From contig OX597815.1 in assembly GCA_951406725.2 (NCBI GenBank), forward strand, positions 145,328,001 through 145,392,000: a stretch of 64,000 nt of DNA, written 5' to 3'. Of the stretch, positions 13,255-25,874 are shown one piece after another. The notes under the pieces are model-generated. The model made no database searches and was not told the DNA's origin. It saw only the letters and a program-made list of their open reading frames with translations. How positions within the stretch are numbered: the stretch's first letter is position 1; each line of letters begins with the position of its first letter. Source of the DNA: Octopus vulgaris (lineage: Eukaryota). The translations under genes and the position numbers were made by a program.

Positions 13255-13999
13255 ACGAGATCTGATCAAAAAGTATCGGAATAGGTGATATAAAAAGAAA
13301 ACTATGACACATATGAATTTGACATTTAATCTCCTTCGAAGTAGTCCCTTTCTGAAGCCACGCACTTTATCCAGCATCGTTGCCATTGATGGAAGCATTC
13401 CTGGAACTCCTTTATTGGGATAGAGAGCTGCTGCCTCGTCGCATTTTCTTCGATTTCCTCGTCGTCTTAAAATCTTACAGTTCTATATTTAAGAGATGAG
13501 GAATTATGTACATTATTTACATTATTTACATTTGACGGATATTTGTCCTCGTCTTGTTTGTTGTTAACGCAACATTTCGGCTGATATACCCTCCAGCTTT
13601 CATCGGGTGCCTTGGGGAAATTTCGAATCTGGGTTTTCATTCCTAAGGTCTTAAAATCTTGTTGGGGTCTTCCACTGTGAAGACTGAGCCTTTGGCTTTG
13701 GAATCATAGCCATAGAACCACGATTTATCAACTGTTATGATCGTTTTCAAAAAATTTTCGTCTTCCTTGACACAGAGAGATCCTGCACAGCTGAAACCTG
13801 ATCTTCTTTACGAGAAGACCATACTCTACACGCTTTACTTCCAAACACTGCTATGATCACCAAAAGTGGGCGAAAACGTTATAACATAGTGTGCATGTGT
13901 GACAGAGTTCAAGGTCAATCTGTGTCAAGTGGCCTCACTCTGTGTTCTGTAGCTCTGTTACCATAACAACAGTCCCGATACTTTTTGATTACACCACAT
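13255..13999 (-). mobile_element. Internally deleted mariner transposon with a nested insert
   Basis: TIR-like ends ...TGATCAAAAAGTATCGGAAT and AGTCCCGATACTTTTTGATTA; minus-strand IITVDKSWFYGYD resembles mariner IITGDETWVYGYD. Confidence 0.7.
13477..13647 (-). mobile_element. Short Penelope-like terminal-repeat insert with a 13-bp flanking duplication
   Basis: GTCTTAAAATCTT at 13464-13476 and 13648-13660; same sequence family at ~52070-52230; contains a degenerate hammerhead core. Confidence 0.65.
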
Positions 14000-14492
14000 A
14001 TTTGAGCAACATAGACAAATACAGCTATATGAAATACCATACAAACTGAATTCTTGATTTATTTATAGATGATGTGTCATAATTACCAAATGACAATTAT
14101 GACCACCTCCACTTGAGAAGGGGAGATAATATCAAGATTCAATAACTCTCCAAAACGGACATACCACCAAGAAAACAGTCTTATTGTCTAGAGATAAGAG
14201 GACAGTTGTGGACTCCTGTTTTTCGCTCAAAAGCCTTTGCCAGTATGACATTTGTCCGACTTTATGTTTAGTAGCCAAGGGACAGACTTATACGAGAAGA
14301 AAAGTAGATTTAAATGAATAGAAAGGTATTTCAAAGGTGTTGGTAGAAAACCTAATTAAAGTTAGGGATACACAAGTCAAACTGTATAAAAGAACAATGA
14401 AGTAGAGGCCTAAAAATATGAAAAAAAAACAACTTTTCCGGGTTCATGAGCGAATTGAGGTGTATATGGATGTTACGATGATTTGGGTTTGG

Positions 14493-14547
<55 letters not shown>

Positions 14548-14549
14548 GC

Positions 14550-14589
<40 letters not shown>

Positions 14590-14590
<1 letters not shown>

Positions 14591-15400
14591 AACCCTCTAA
14601 TGGAATATTGCCCATAAACAATATTAATATCAACTGCAGCATTTTCCAAGGTGACTCATTTTCTCTTCTAATTTTTTGCATAACCCTAATACCCTTTACA
14701 AGTGAACTTAACAGAAAAGCGTATGGGCATAAAATTGGCGGCGAGAAAATAAGTTATCTATTTTATATGGGTGACTATGGCAAAGACGATAATAAACTTG
14801 AAGGACTAATACGTACTGTGAAAGCATTCAGTGATGACATCGGGATGGAATTTGGTCTTGATAAGTGTGCCAAGACCACTTTCCAGAAAGGTAAATTGAA
14901 GACCTTACATTCAGTGGTGTTAGATGCTGACACAATGATAAAAGAACTCGAGCAGGAACAAACTTAGAAATACAACGGAATAAGTGAGGGCTCTGGCATT
15001 CAGCACGCAAGTATGAGCAGTCCTAAAATCCTATTTGAATGCACGTAACAAGGTGTTAGCTATAAATTCTTTAGCAGTTCCAGTTGTTATTTACAATTTC
15101 AATGTGTTGAACTGGAATATGAACGAAATAAGGAAGATTGAGAGAAGAATCCGTAAGCTGCTGACTTGTAATAAGTTGCATCACCCATAGGCAGATGCAG
15201 ATCGTCTTTACCTGACCAGAACCTATTGAGGTCGATCTAATTTGAAATCTGTGACAAAGCCACTGCAATTGGACTGGCAAAATATCTTGAAACATGTAAC
15301 GACTGGATGTTAAAACTCGTTGGAAACAACGAGAAACGTAAGAAGCATCATTCTGTTATAAAGCAAACAATTTACTAGTGAGTTCATGCATAGAAAAACA
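14590..15400 (+). mobile_element. Degenerate R4/Dong-like non-LTR RT fragment
   Basis: IFQGDSFSLLIFC...ISYLFYMGD...FSDDIGMEFGLDKCAK; follows (TAA)n(CAA)n microsatellite. Confidence 0.75.
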
Positions 15401-16197
15401 GTGTGGGAGAATAAAGAAAGAAGGAAGGAAGGAAGGAATTGGAGACGATGTAAAATAAGTGTGAAAGAAAGTTTGACAGATGAAAAGGAAGAATGTTTCT
15501 CTCGCATTTCTAAAATTACATGATTAAATGGAGTGACTGGAGCAGCAAAGAGGATTCCTGAGGTTGCAGAGAACCGCTTGGTGGCTTTTGATAAAAGAGG
15601 GTAGATTTGGTTCGTTACTGCTATAGGGATTAAGCGGAGCGAAGGTGGAGGAAGGGAGACGATATTGAAAGCCCTACAAACATCAGTGAGGATGTATCCC
15701 ATAGAATCAGCGAGATGTATCTTCGAACAATATCTATATATATTTATTTATTTATTTATTTATATATATATATTATATGTATAGGCGCAGGAGTGGCTGT
15801 GTGGTAAGTAGCTTGTCTACCAACCACATGGCTCCGGGTTCAGTCCCTTCGCTTAGCACCTTGGGCAAGTGTCTTCTACTATAGCCTCGGGCCGACCAAA
15901 GCCTTGTGAGTGGATTTGGTAGACGGAAACTGAAAGAAGCCCGTCGTATATATGTGTATGTATATATATATATATATATATATATGCGTGTGTGTGTTTG
16001 TGTGTCTGTATTTGTCCCCTAGCATTGCTTGACAACCGATGCTGGTGTGTTTATGTCCCCGTTACTTAGCGGTTCGGTAAAAGATACCGATAGAATAAGT
16101 ACTGGGCTTACAAAAGAATAAGTCCCGATTAAAGGCGGTGCTCCAGCATGGCCGCAGTCAAATGACTGAAACAAGTAAAAGAGTAAAAGAGTAAAGA

Positions 16198-16247
<50 letters not shown>

Positions 16248-16490
16248 CTCTCTTTAATCTTTACTCTTGTACTTTTTTCAGTCATTTGACTGCGGCTATG
16301 CTGGAGCACCGCCTTTAGTCGAGGAAATTGGTCCCATGATTTATTCTTTGTAAGCCTAGTACTTATTCTAGCGGTCTCTTTCGCCGAACCGCTAGGTTAC
16401 GGGGACGTAAACACACCACTATCGGTTGTCAAGCGATGTTGGAGGGGGGGGGTGACACAAACACAGACACAAACATATAGACACACATAC

Positions 16491-16540
<50 letters not shown>

Positions 16541-16631
16541 TTTAACTCTTCTGAATATTCAACAAGGGCGTGAAACAATTACATACGCGTATGTAATTTA
16601 CTTCGCCCGGTCAACAGACATGAGGCTGGCA

Positions 16632-16675
<44 letters not shown>

Positions 16676-16988
16676 CATACATACACACACACATTAACAT
16701 ACATACACAGACACACACGCGCGCACACATACACACGCGCACTCTCTCTCTCTCACACACACACACATATATATACTACAAATACATATCTGTAAATAAT
16801 AATAGTATTTTTAATAGCTTAAAGCATATAGCAATATACGTATATACATCCAATAATATATATAGATATATAATATATATATATATACATATATATATAC
16901 ATATACGTACATATATACATATAAATGCACGTATATATGTATATGTATATATTTATACGTATAATTACATATAAACAAAAATATACAA

Positions 16989-17035
<47 letters not shown>

Positions 17036-17735
17036 CACACATATATATATATATATGAATATACATATATGTTAAAGAGAGAGAGGGAGAGAAAGAGGGA
17101 GAGAGAAAGAAAGAGAGAGAGAAAGTGAGAATGAAGGAGGCCTCTAGTTGCTAGATCTCATAAAAATACCAATCAGATCTCTTGCAAATCAAATCCTACC
17201 TCGACCTGCTAGAAATAGCTATCAAATCTCCCTCAGATTGAAAGGACATTTTAAATCACGTGATCTTACGTGCATAAAATAGGAAGTTTTATATCAAATT
17301 TTGTTTTGGACGTGTTTCTGTAGATTCTGTTCAGTAGGATCGAAACCTGAACGACGCATTTGCAAAAGCGAACTTCTTAACTATACACCCATGCCTACGT
17401 CTACCTTGACTGTGTGTACTATGCATGAATAAAAATTCGGGGTGTGGGTGGTGGAAATGGAGTTGATTAAAGGTCTGGAGAAGGGCAGGGCTTAACAACA
17501 ACAACAACAACGACTGCAACGGCAACAACAAAAACCGAAACAGCAGTAACGACAACAGCAACAACAAAAACCGAAATAGCAGCAATGACAACAACAGCAG
17601 CCACAATAACAACAACAACAATACCACCAGCAACAACAAAACCAACAGCAACAAATATAACCACTACCATCACCACCACCGCCGCCGCCGCCAATACCAC
17701 CAATATACAAGAATGCTATGACCATCACTACTTAC

Positions 17736-19305
17736 CTTTATGCGTGTTTCCGATATTCTCTTTGTCGGGCCAAGCAAACTTTTTCTTGAGAGCTTTGACG
17801 TTGATTTTGTGTTCAGCAATCGATTCCTGAGCCAACTTGATTTTACCATTGGCGTCGATGACTTTGAGAAACAGTTCGTGGTTCTCTTTCTTGAGTTTGT
17901 TAATTTGCAGACCAAGAATGGTTAATCCTCGCTTCCAGTAACCTTTACATTGGTAGCGCTTCTCTTCGACGCTAAATACGTCTACACAAGGCTCTTCCGT
18001 TGTGGTGATAATTCTCCTTGGTGTTGTGGTGGTAATTATCTTTGGTGTTGTGGTGGTAACTATCTTTGGTGTTGTGGTGGTAACTACCTTAGGTGTTGTA
18101 GTGGTAACTACCTTAGGTGTTGTAGTGGTAACTACCTTTGGAGTGGTTGTAGTAACAACCTTTGGGGCAGCGGTAGTAACTTTCTTCGGAGCTTTTGTAC
18201 CTTTCTTGCGCGGCCTCTTCGGTTTCCTTCGAGGTTTTTTCTTCGGTTTCTTTGGAGATTTCGTGCCACGTTTCGGAGCATCAGTCGTTACTGCTGCTGC
18301 TGGCGATGGTTGAGCTGTAGCTGAGCCGGCATCGTTTTCGGGTAGAGCTACTGGTGCATCAACGTTCGTTTTTTTCTCAACTGGTTCATCCGATTCCGGT
18401 TCAGGTATTGATATCGGATCGCCTTTTGGGTCCACTTTTCCAAGTTCACTTTCTTCTTTTTCTTCTGCCTCTGCCGCTTTTTTATCTTCTTCTTTCTCTA
18501 CTTCTACAGCTTTTTCCTCTTTTACTTCTTCCGCTTCGACCACTTTTTTATCTTCTTCTTTCTCTACTTCTACGGCCTTTTCCTCTTTTTCTTCCTCTAT
18601 TTCTTCCGCTTCTGTCGCTTTTTTATCTTCTTCTTTCTCTACTTCTACGGCCTTTTCCTCTTTTCCTTCCTCTATTTCTTCCGCTTCTGTCGCTTTTTTA
18701 TCTTCTTCTTTCTCTACTTCTACGGCCTTTTCTTCTTTTTCTTCCTCTATTTCTTCCGCTTTTTTATCTTCTTCTTTTTCTACTTCTACGGCTTTTTCCT
18801 CTTCTATTTCTTCTTCCGCTTTTTTATCTTCTTCTATCTCTACTTCAACTGGTTTTTCTGTTATTTCTTTTATCTCTTCTTCTTTTACTTCAGCTACCGC
18901 TTCTACTACTACTTCTGTTTCTTCTTCTTCTTCTTCTTCTTCTTCTTCTACCGATTCTTCTGCTTCTGTCACTGCTTCATTTACTTCAGCCGATTCTTCT
19001 TTAACCACCTCTGTTCCTTCTTTTTCTCCATCTTTCTTATCTTCACTTTCTACTTTCGGCTCTTTCTTTTCTTCAGTGGATTCCGTCACTCCAATATCTC
19101 CATTTGCCTCCAACGGTGTACCATCTAACGGAGCCCCAGTGGGAATAACGTCCAGCTCAACATTTTCAGGTTCGGGGGTTATTATCGATTCCGAAGTATC
19201 CAAAACATCCTGTGAATAACTAAATTGGGGGGTTATCAAAAAAATTAATGCAACGCAAACTAGTTGCCAAAAACTAAAGCAGAACCGCATTTCTATCACA
19301 GACAT
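17736..19305 (-). CDS. Candidate variable first exon V1 of the FReD gene: signal peptide, Glu/Lys-rich repeats, basic patch, Thr-rich mucin repeats, 2 Cys, coiled coil
   Basis: Uninterrupted ORF from ATG 19305 (or 19290; MRFCFSFWQLVCVALIFLITPQFSYSQ); ends AAA G|GTAAGT, a phase-1 donor, with an in-frame stop 2 codons into the intron. Confidence 0.85.
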
Positions 19306-19397
19306 AAGCTTTCGAAATCCACCGCCGGCCACCACACCACCATTGAGCTATAACAGCCGCCGGTTTTGACTAACAAAAGATAGCGCAAGGGAAAAAA

Positions 19398-19552
19398 GAC
19401 CACGCCCTTCTTATGCATGTAAGCACGAAACACGTGTAAGAGGGTTGGACCAATAAGAGGGCGGAGTTTTATTCCATGAAAGAATTATAAGGGCAAGAAA
19501 GAAAAAAAATCAGCAGCTCTGTCTTGAATATATTAAATAACTTAGGGCGGGG
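19398..19552 (-). promoter_or_regulatory. Putative promoter of exon V1
   Basis: GACCACGCCC (19398-19407), CACGTG (19431), CCAAT (19450), GGGCGG (19459) and GGGCGGGG (19545) clustered 100-250 bp upstream of the ATG. Confidence 0.5.
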
Positions 19553-20492
19553 TTTCACAAAAGGGCAAAGGAAAAGATAAACGAAAAATAATAAATAAAT
19601 AAATTGTTTATTTTGCTGATATAGGCGCATGCATGGTTAAGAAGCTCGCTTTGTAATCACTTGGTTTCAGGTTCGGTTCTACTGCGCGGTACTTTGGGTG
19701 ATTGGTTTTTCTAGCCATGTGCGCGGGTTTGGTACACGGTAACTGGAGCCACACGCACACATATTTACACGGACACACATGCGTGTGCGCGTGCTTACAG
19801 ACACGCTCACATACACATTTATACACACACACAAACACTCACAAAAATCACACGCAAGCATTCACACTCATATACGCGCCCGCGCGCCCGCACACCCGCA
19901 CACACTCATAAACTCGTACAAGCACTCACATTCACGCACAAACATACAAGTATACATGCATATATACTCACTCATCCATTTATTTACACACGTAATATTT
20001 ACATACTCATATACACACACGCACGCACACATACACACACACATACAATCAGCTCCTTCCCCGGAACTTTAACAACCCCAAATTTTGATAGTTGACACGA
20101 CAGACACCATATTTTCTCTTAAAAACTAATTTCTCTAATTTAGTTTAACATCTTCTTAAACTAATTAATATGTACATCTTTCTTTTTAGAGTTGTGCGTC
20201 TGTGTGTGTGTATGTGTGCGCGCACGTGTGTGTGTGTGTGTGTGTGTATGTGCGCACCACACTACATAACCAAATGTCACTTCAGTTGAAAGCGATTGTG
20301 TTGCAGAGAGGAAAAGGTTGGCTAAAGTTAGTTTGAGGGAATTTTTTCTGTTATTTCTAGCAGGTCGAAAAGACAATAAACAGATTACTTCCCCGCCTCC
20401 CTTTCACTACGATTCCTTCACCATTTCCAAAGAAACAGTTTTGAAGATGAACAACAACAAAAGTTTTTAAAAAAACCTAAAATGGTGCTCAC

Positions 20493-21018
20493 CTGACAGC
20501 TCTCCAGGTACTGATATATTAACCACATTCAGGTGAGTGTCATCCGGTAAAACTGAGACAGACGGTCCTCGGAAGTCCTTCCATATTTGAGAAATATCTT
20601 CTTTCAGGTTTTGACTTTCTTCTCCTTGTTTAATGATATCATCAATTGCTTTCATATTGCCGGCAATGCCTTCAATGGTATCTTCCAGAACTTTGATTTC
20701 GTCATCCCGGATTTTGGGGCAGACTTTGTCCAGTCTCCGGAGAAGGTGAGTAAGTCTGCAAGGTTGTAGGCCACCTGTTTTTACTTCGCTGGAATTATCA
20801 TCTTCTTCACTACTGTCATCATCATCGTCATCGGAATCGGAATCGTCATCATCATCGGAATCGTCTTCTTCAGAGGAATCGCTACCTGCGGCGGCTTCTT
20901 TGGCGGCCACTTTCGAAGGGTCATCGTCATCATCGGCAGAAACTGTCCCCAACAGGGCGACAACAATAAACATCAGCGATCCCAGAAGCAGGAAAAGCGA
21001 GAAAGACCTTCGCGACAT
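20493..21018 (-). CDS. Candidate variable first exon V2: signal peptide, Asp/Ser-rich tract, 2 Cys, coiled coil
   Basis: MSRRSFSLFLLLGSLMFIVVALLGTVSA-DDDDD...; ends TCA G|GTGAGC, a phase-1 donor; 526 nt = 175 codons + 1. Confidence 0.85.
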
Positions 21019-21242
21019 TTCACTTTTTTTTTTTTAAATTGTTGTTCTTGTTATTATTATTATTTGTTGTTGTACCAGTTCTATTCTCCTTGCTGTGTAC
21101 GTGGGTTTGTTTAGTGTAGCCGGCTCTAGCTAGCCAGGTTTCGAATCGGTAGAACAGAAGGCAAGGGCTGAGCCAGGCAGACCGGCAACAAGACAAATCC
21201 TACGGACGTACAGGCAGACTGGCGGACAGACAGACACGAAAT

Positions 21243-21365
21243 CTGATTGGCTGGCTGTTTGGCTGGTTGGTTTCAGAGTTTGGGGCACACAACACAACCC
21301 TCCCCCGCTCCTTCACTGCTACCTACTTCCAGCATCCTCAAGACCGCCTGTCTTCTTCCCGCCCA
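21243..21365 (-). promoter_or_regulatory. Putative promoter of exon V2
   Basis: Consensus NF-Y box AGCCAATCAG (minus, 21243-21252) and GC box TGGGCGGG (minus, 21358-21365). Confidence 0.45.
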
Positions 21366-22508
21366 CCGTTAATTCACAGTTTTTTTCAGATCCTTTATCA
21401 ATCGCCGTCTATCACAATCAATCCCCACCTGTCAGAATCAGTCTCATCTGTCAGTCATAACTCTACCCACTTTTGGTTTTGCCTGCAACGCCCAGTTTTC
21501 CACATCACTGTGCCTCTACATGGCCGCTTCATCTGCTAGAAATAACAGTAAGATTTCCTTACGATCTTAAAAATATAAAACTAAAAATGTAAAAACAACA
21601 AAAAAAAGATATATGGCTAAGATCGCTTTGCAACCGTGTAGTTTCAGGTTCAGTCCCACTGCACGGTACTTTGGGAAAGTGTCTTTTACGATAGCCCTGT
21701 GAATTAATATAGTAAATTGTAACTGTGCAGAAACCCAGCATATATAAAAAATGCATATGTATGTATGTGTCTGTGTCTGTCTCCCCCACACCGCTTGAAA
21801 CCAATGTTGGTTTGTTTACATCCCAAAATATTGGTGCTTCGGCGAAGGATAGTTGTAAATCAAGTACTAGATTTAAATAAGTCCTGGGGTCGGTTTGTGC
21901 GAATTAAACACTTCAAGATGGTGTCCCAGAATGGCTTCAGTTCATAATATAAACTAATATTAATTTAAATAAACATTACCATCGTCATTTTAAGGGGCCA
22001 TGGATAAAATGCTTTTCAGCGTAATTCGATGGCAGCGGGTTGGTGCCCTTCTTTGTTATAACACCAAGTGCCGTGGCCGTGTAAAACCTGGGTACCCCGT
22101 TCCCCTTCACATGACTTGAAAAATATTCTTTTCTACTCTAGGCACAAGGCCCGAAATTTTGGGGGAAGGGGCCAGTCGATTAGATCGACCTCTGCACGCA
22201 ACTGCTACTTAATTTATCGACCACGAAAGGATGAAAGGCAAAGTCGACCTCAGCTGAATTTGAACTCAGAACATAAAGACGGGCGAAATAGCGCTAAGCA
22301 TTTCACCCGGCGTGCTAATGTTTCTGCTAACTTGCCGTCTTGTGGCTTGAAAAATATTATTATTGGGATGGTCAAAGCTGGAATTTTTTTTTTTTTTTTT
22401 TTGATCATAAGTTTGTTATTTTATGTGAGTCTACCTAGGGTTAAACATCAATTACAACAACATACGAAAACACAAATATACAATATACATGCACTCGCAC
22501 AAACACGT

Positions 22509-22544
<36 letters not shown>

Positions 22545-22799
22545 GCGTACAGCTTCCAAACTACTGTACAGAAATCAATCGTTCGACTTAGCAAAAGTAA
22601 CTCTGTCGTTCTTTTTAGGGGGTCGATAAAATAAATTACCTTCCATTTATCACCCGTAGCCTCTCCTTCCAAAACCTGGGACCTTCTTTCTATGTGAGAT
22701 ATCATTATTATCACGGCTGCAGGTGGACAGAAACACCAAAGTATCGGTTTATGTATGCATGCATGCACGTACGCATATATATGTAAATGTATGTATGCA

Positions 22800-22885
<86 letters not shown>

Positions 22886-23228
22886 GGACGGACGGACGGA
22901 CGGATGGACGGACGGATGGATGGATAGATAGATAGATATGTATGTATGAATGCGTGTCTCTGAGTATGTATATACAGTGAATGACATTTGTGTAAAGGTG
23001 TATATGTATGTATAGATAGACAAATCATTGTTCTGCTTCATTTTACACAAACTTCCTCCTTACTCCGATCGTCAGAAAAGCTATGAACCAGCAACCGAAT
23101 AGTTGAAGACATGCAACATATACATAACGACGCTGTTGTTCACCATCTCCGATACAGAGTAGTAGTACTAGTAATAATAATAATAATAATAATAATATAT
23201 GTATGTATATATTTGAAATGAAACTTAC

Positions 23229-23721
23229 CTTCGACTTTTGCTCCCACCTTGTTTAAAATGTTACCTGTAATGCCAATCGTTTCGTGAACATGGGCCATTC
23301 CAGGAAAAAATAATCCCATATTCCAACGATGCAATTCCTCAGACATTTGTTTTTCCTCATCATGAAGACTTTTAAAAATTTCTTCGAATTTTTCAAATTT
23401 CAGTCTAAGAGCATGGTTCTTCCTTGTCAGATGGTCAACATACCAATTAAGATCGACAATTCTGCGATCTGCTTCGGGTAGCCAGGTAAGACTAGCCGAA
23501 CCAGATTTTACAGAGATGGGGAGAGTTTCGGGGTCGACGGTTGTCTTGGGTTCGGGTTCGGGTTCAGGTTCGGCTTTCCCTGCGGCTACAGGTTTTGGTA
23601 AAGGAATGATTGGTTGGGATCCATTTGATGCATCTTCCGATGGGTCAACCGGAGCTGCACTTGTGGCTGACAAACATACTATCAAACATAAAGCAAAGAC
23701 ACCAAAGAAAGTCGCTTTCAT
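23229..23721 (-). CDS. Candidate variable first exon V3: signal peptide, Pro/Glu-rich linker, coiled coil
   Basis: MKATFFGVFALCLIVCLSATSA-APVD...PEPEPEPK...; ends GAA G|GTAAGT, a phase-1 donor; 493 nt = 164 codons + 1. Confidence 0.85.
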
Positions 23722-24415
23722 GTTTGTTCTTTCTTTCAGTTTATTCAGAGAGCAGCAGACGACAATACAACAGCAGCTGCCAAACCTCGCCGAAAATTTC
23801 TCCAACGAACTCGGCGAGTGTTTTCAGACAGAACAAACGAAATGGGGGTGGGAACAACTTAATAACTGCCTGCTCCCCTTCACTAAGCAAATGGCCTCGT
23901 TTGCCGGCGACTGTTTACCCAGCAGTTCCTGTGTTATTAAGTCGTTTAGAACAGTCATCACCAAAAAGCATCAGTGAATATACCTCATGTGTTCTTCAAT
24001 AACTATTTCTGTTTAGGAAAATATGTCGTTATATGCTTTATAGTAAGAATTATTTTATTATTATTATAATATCATTTATTATATTTAAGTTTCAGTTGTT
24101 AGACTGAAGCCATGCTGGGGAACCGCTTAGAAGAATTTTAGGCGGACGAATCGACTGAACCGCTAAGATACGGGGATCTAAACACAGGCACGAAGACAAA
24201 CAAGGACAGACAAAGGGATTAAGTCGATTACATCTACATCAGTGCGTAACTGGTACTTAATTTATCGACCCTGAAAGGATGAAAGGCAAAGTCGACCTCG
24301 GCCGAATCTGAACTCGGAACGGAACGACAGACGAAATACGGCAACGCATTTCGCCCGGCGTGTTAACATTTCTGCCAGCTCGCCACCCTTAATACATATA
24401 CATACATATACATAC

Positions 24416-24468
<53 letters not shown>

Positions 24469-24551
24469 TATATACACACACACATATATATATACATTTC
24501 GTGGACTTTTTTCAGTTTTCTTTTGCTAAGACCGCTCACAAGGTCTTCGTC

Positions 24552-24965
24552 GGGATCTTTTCGGTTTGAACGGCAGTTTTTTCTAGCGGTGTCATATGAA
24601 ATTGTCACCCATAATTATGACCCTAGTATCGATCTATTGCATCTCAATCTGTTTTAGGGTTAGGGGTGGGGGCAAGGGTATCTTTTTTCTTCAGAAATGT
24701 AAATAAACCCAATCTGTTTCTTAAACGAGGGACATATTCATACGGCACAGAATGTTTTTCACCTCAATAGACATCATTGATTGGTTGAAATTGCAGAAAT
24801 TGAAGAAAAAACAACAACAAATATCTTACAAACTATAGAATTTTCTCAATAAAGCCAAGCGAAAAAGATGTTTTATAAACACATTCTACCAGTATTCGAA
24901 GTTTAAAAGTGTTTAGTTACGTGGAAATTATTTTTAAAAACTGCCGTTCAAACCGAAAAGATCCC
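24552..24965. mobile_element. MITE with ~29-bp perfect TIRs inserted in a SINE
   Basis: GGGATCTTTTCGGTTTGAACGGCAGTTTT ... AAAACTGCCGTTCAAACCGAAAAGATCCC; superfamily not determined. Confidence 0.85.
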
Positions 24966-25874
24966 TTGTTCGGCCTAAAGCTATTATAGAATAGCTTTAA
25001 TAAATAGTTAAATAATAAGGCACAAAAAAAGAAAATGACTCTCCTCAGACACAACAGATTTTGTAGAATCTATTTCATAGACAGGAAAAGTCAAAGAGAG
25101 TAATTTCTTCAAGGTTCCATCGCAATAGAGCCGTGCTTTTCAAACCCAATGTGCCATGTTGTGGGACTGAACACGGAACCATGTGACTGGAAAGCAAACG
25201 TCTTACCCGCGGCTGCGCCCATTTAGGGGGAAACTTTACAAAGATCTCGCTTTGCAACCACGTGTTTTAGGGTTCAGACCCATTGCGTGGCACCTCAGGC
25301 AAATGTTTCCTTGCCCGAATATTTTCCTTGTGGGTGAATTTTATAGACGAAAACTGTATAGAAGCCCGTTGTATACACGTGTGCGTATCTTTCTGTCAAT
25401 GCTTGTTCCTCTCCTAACGTTCGACAACCGGTGTAGGTTTGTTTACGTCCCCGAAACCAAGTGGTTCGGCCTGAGAGAGGGGGACTAATAGAATAACTAC
25501 CAGAATTTTAAAATAAGTCCTGGGGTCGATTTGTTTGACTAAAACCTCTCAAGGCGGTGCCTTAGCATGGCCGCAATCAAATGGCTGAAACAAGTTAAAA
25601 GATAAAAGATTTTGTAGAATATTTCGTTTTTGGATTTGGTTTGCAAGATTCTTTATGAGAGTCAAAACTATTGAAAAGGTTGCAAGACGCAACGAAAATT
25701 TTAGGAAAATAAAAATTAGGAAAAAAAGTGGAAATTCTAACGGTGGGTGTGTTAAATAATAAGGCACAAAAAAAGAAAATGACTCTCCCCAGACACAACA
25801 GATTTTGTAGAATCTATTTCATAGACAGGAAGAGTCAAAGAGAGTAATTTCTTCAAGGTTCCATCGCAATAGAG

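Noticed and set aside
17950-19004. Plus-strand Leu-, Cys- and Val-rich ORFs
   Set aside because: Antisense shadows of the repetitive V1 exon
22640-22716. Possible 77-nt cassette exon after V3 (ctgcAG ... AAG|GTAATT)
   Set aside because: It would end in phase 0, incompatible with the phase-1 FReD acceptor, and the donor overlaps a SINE remnant
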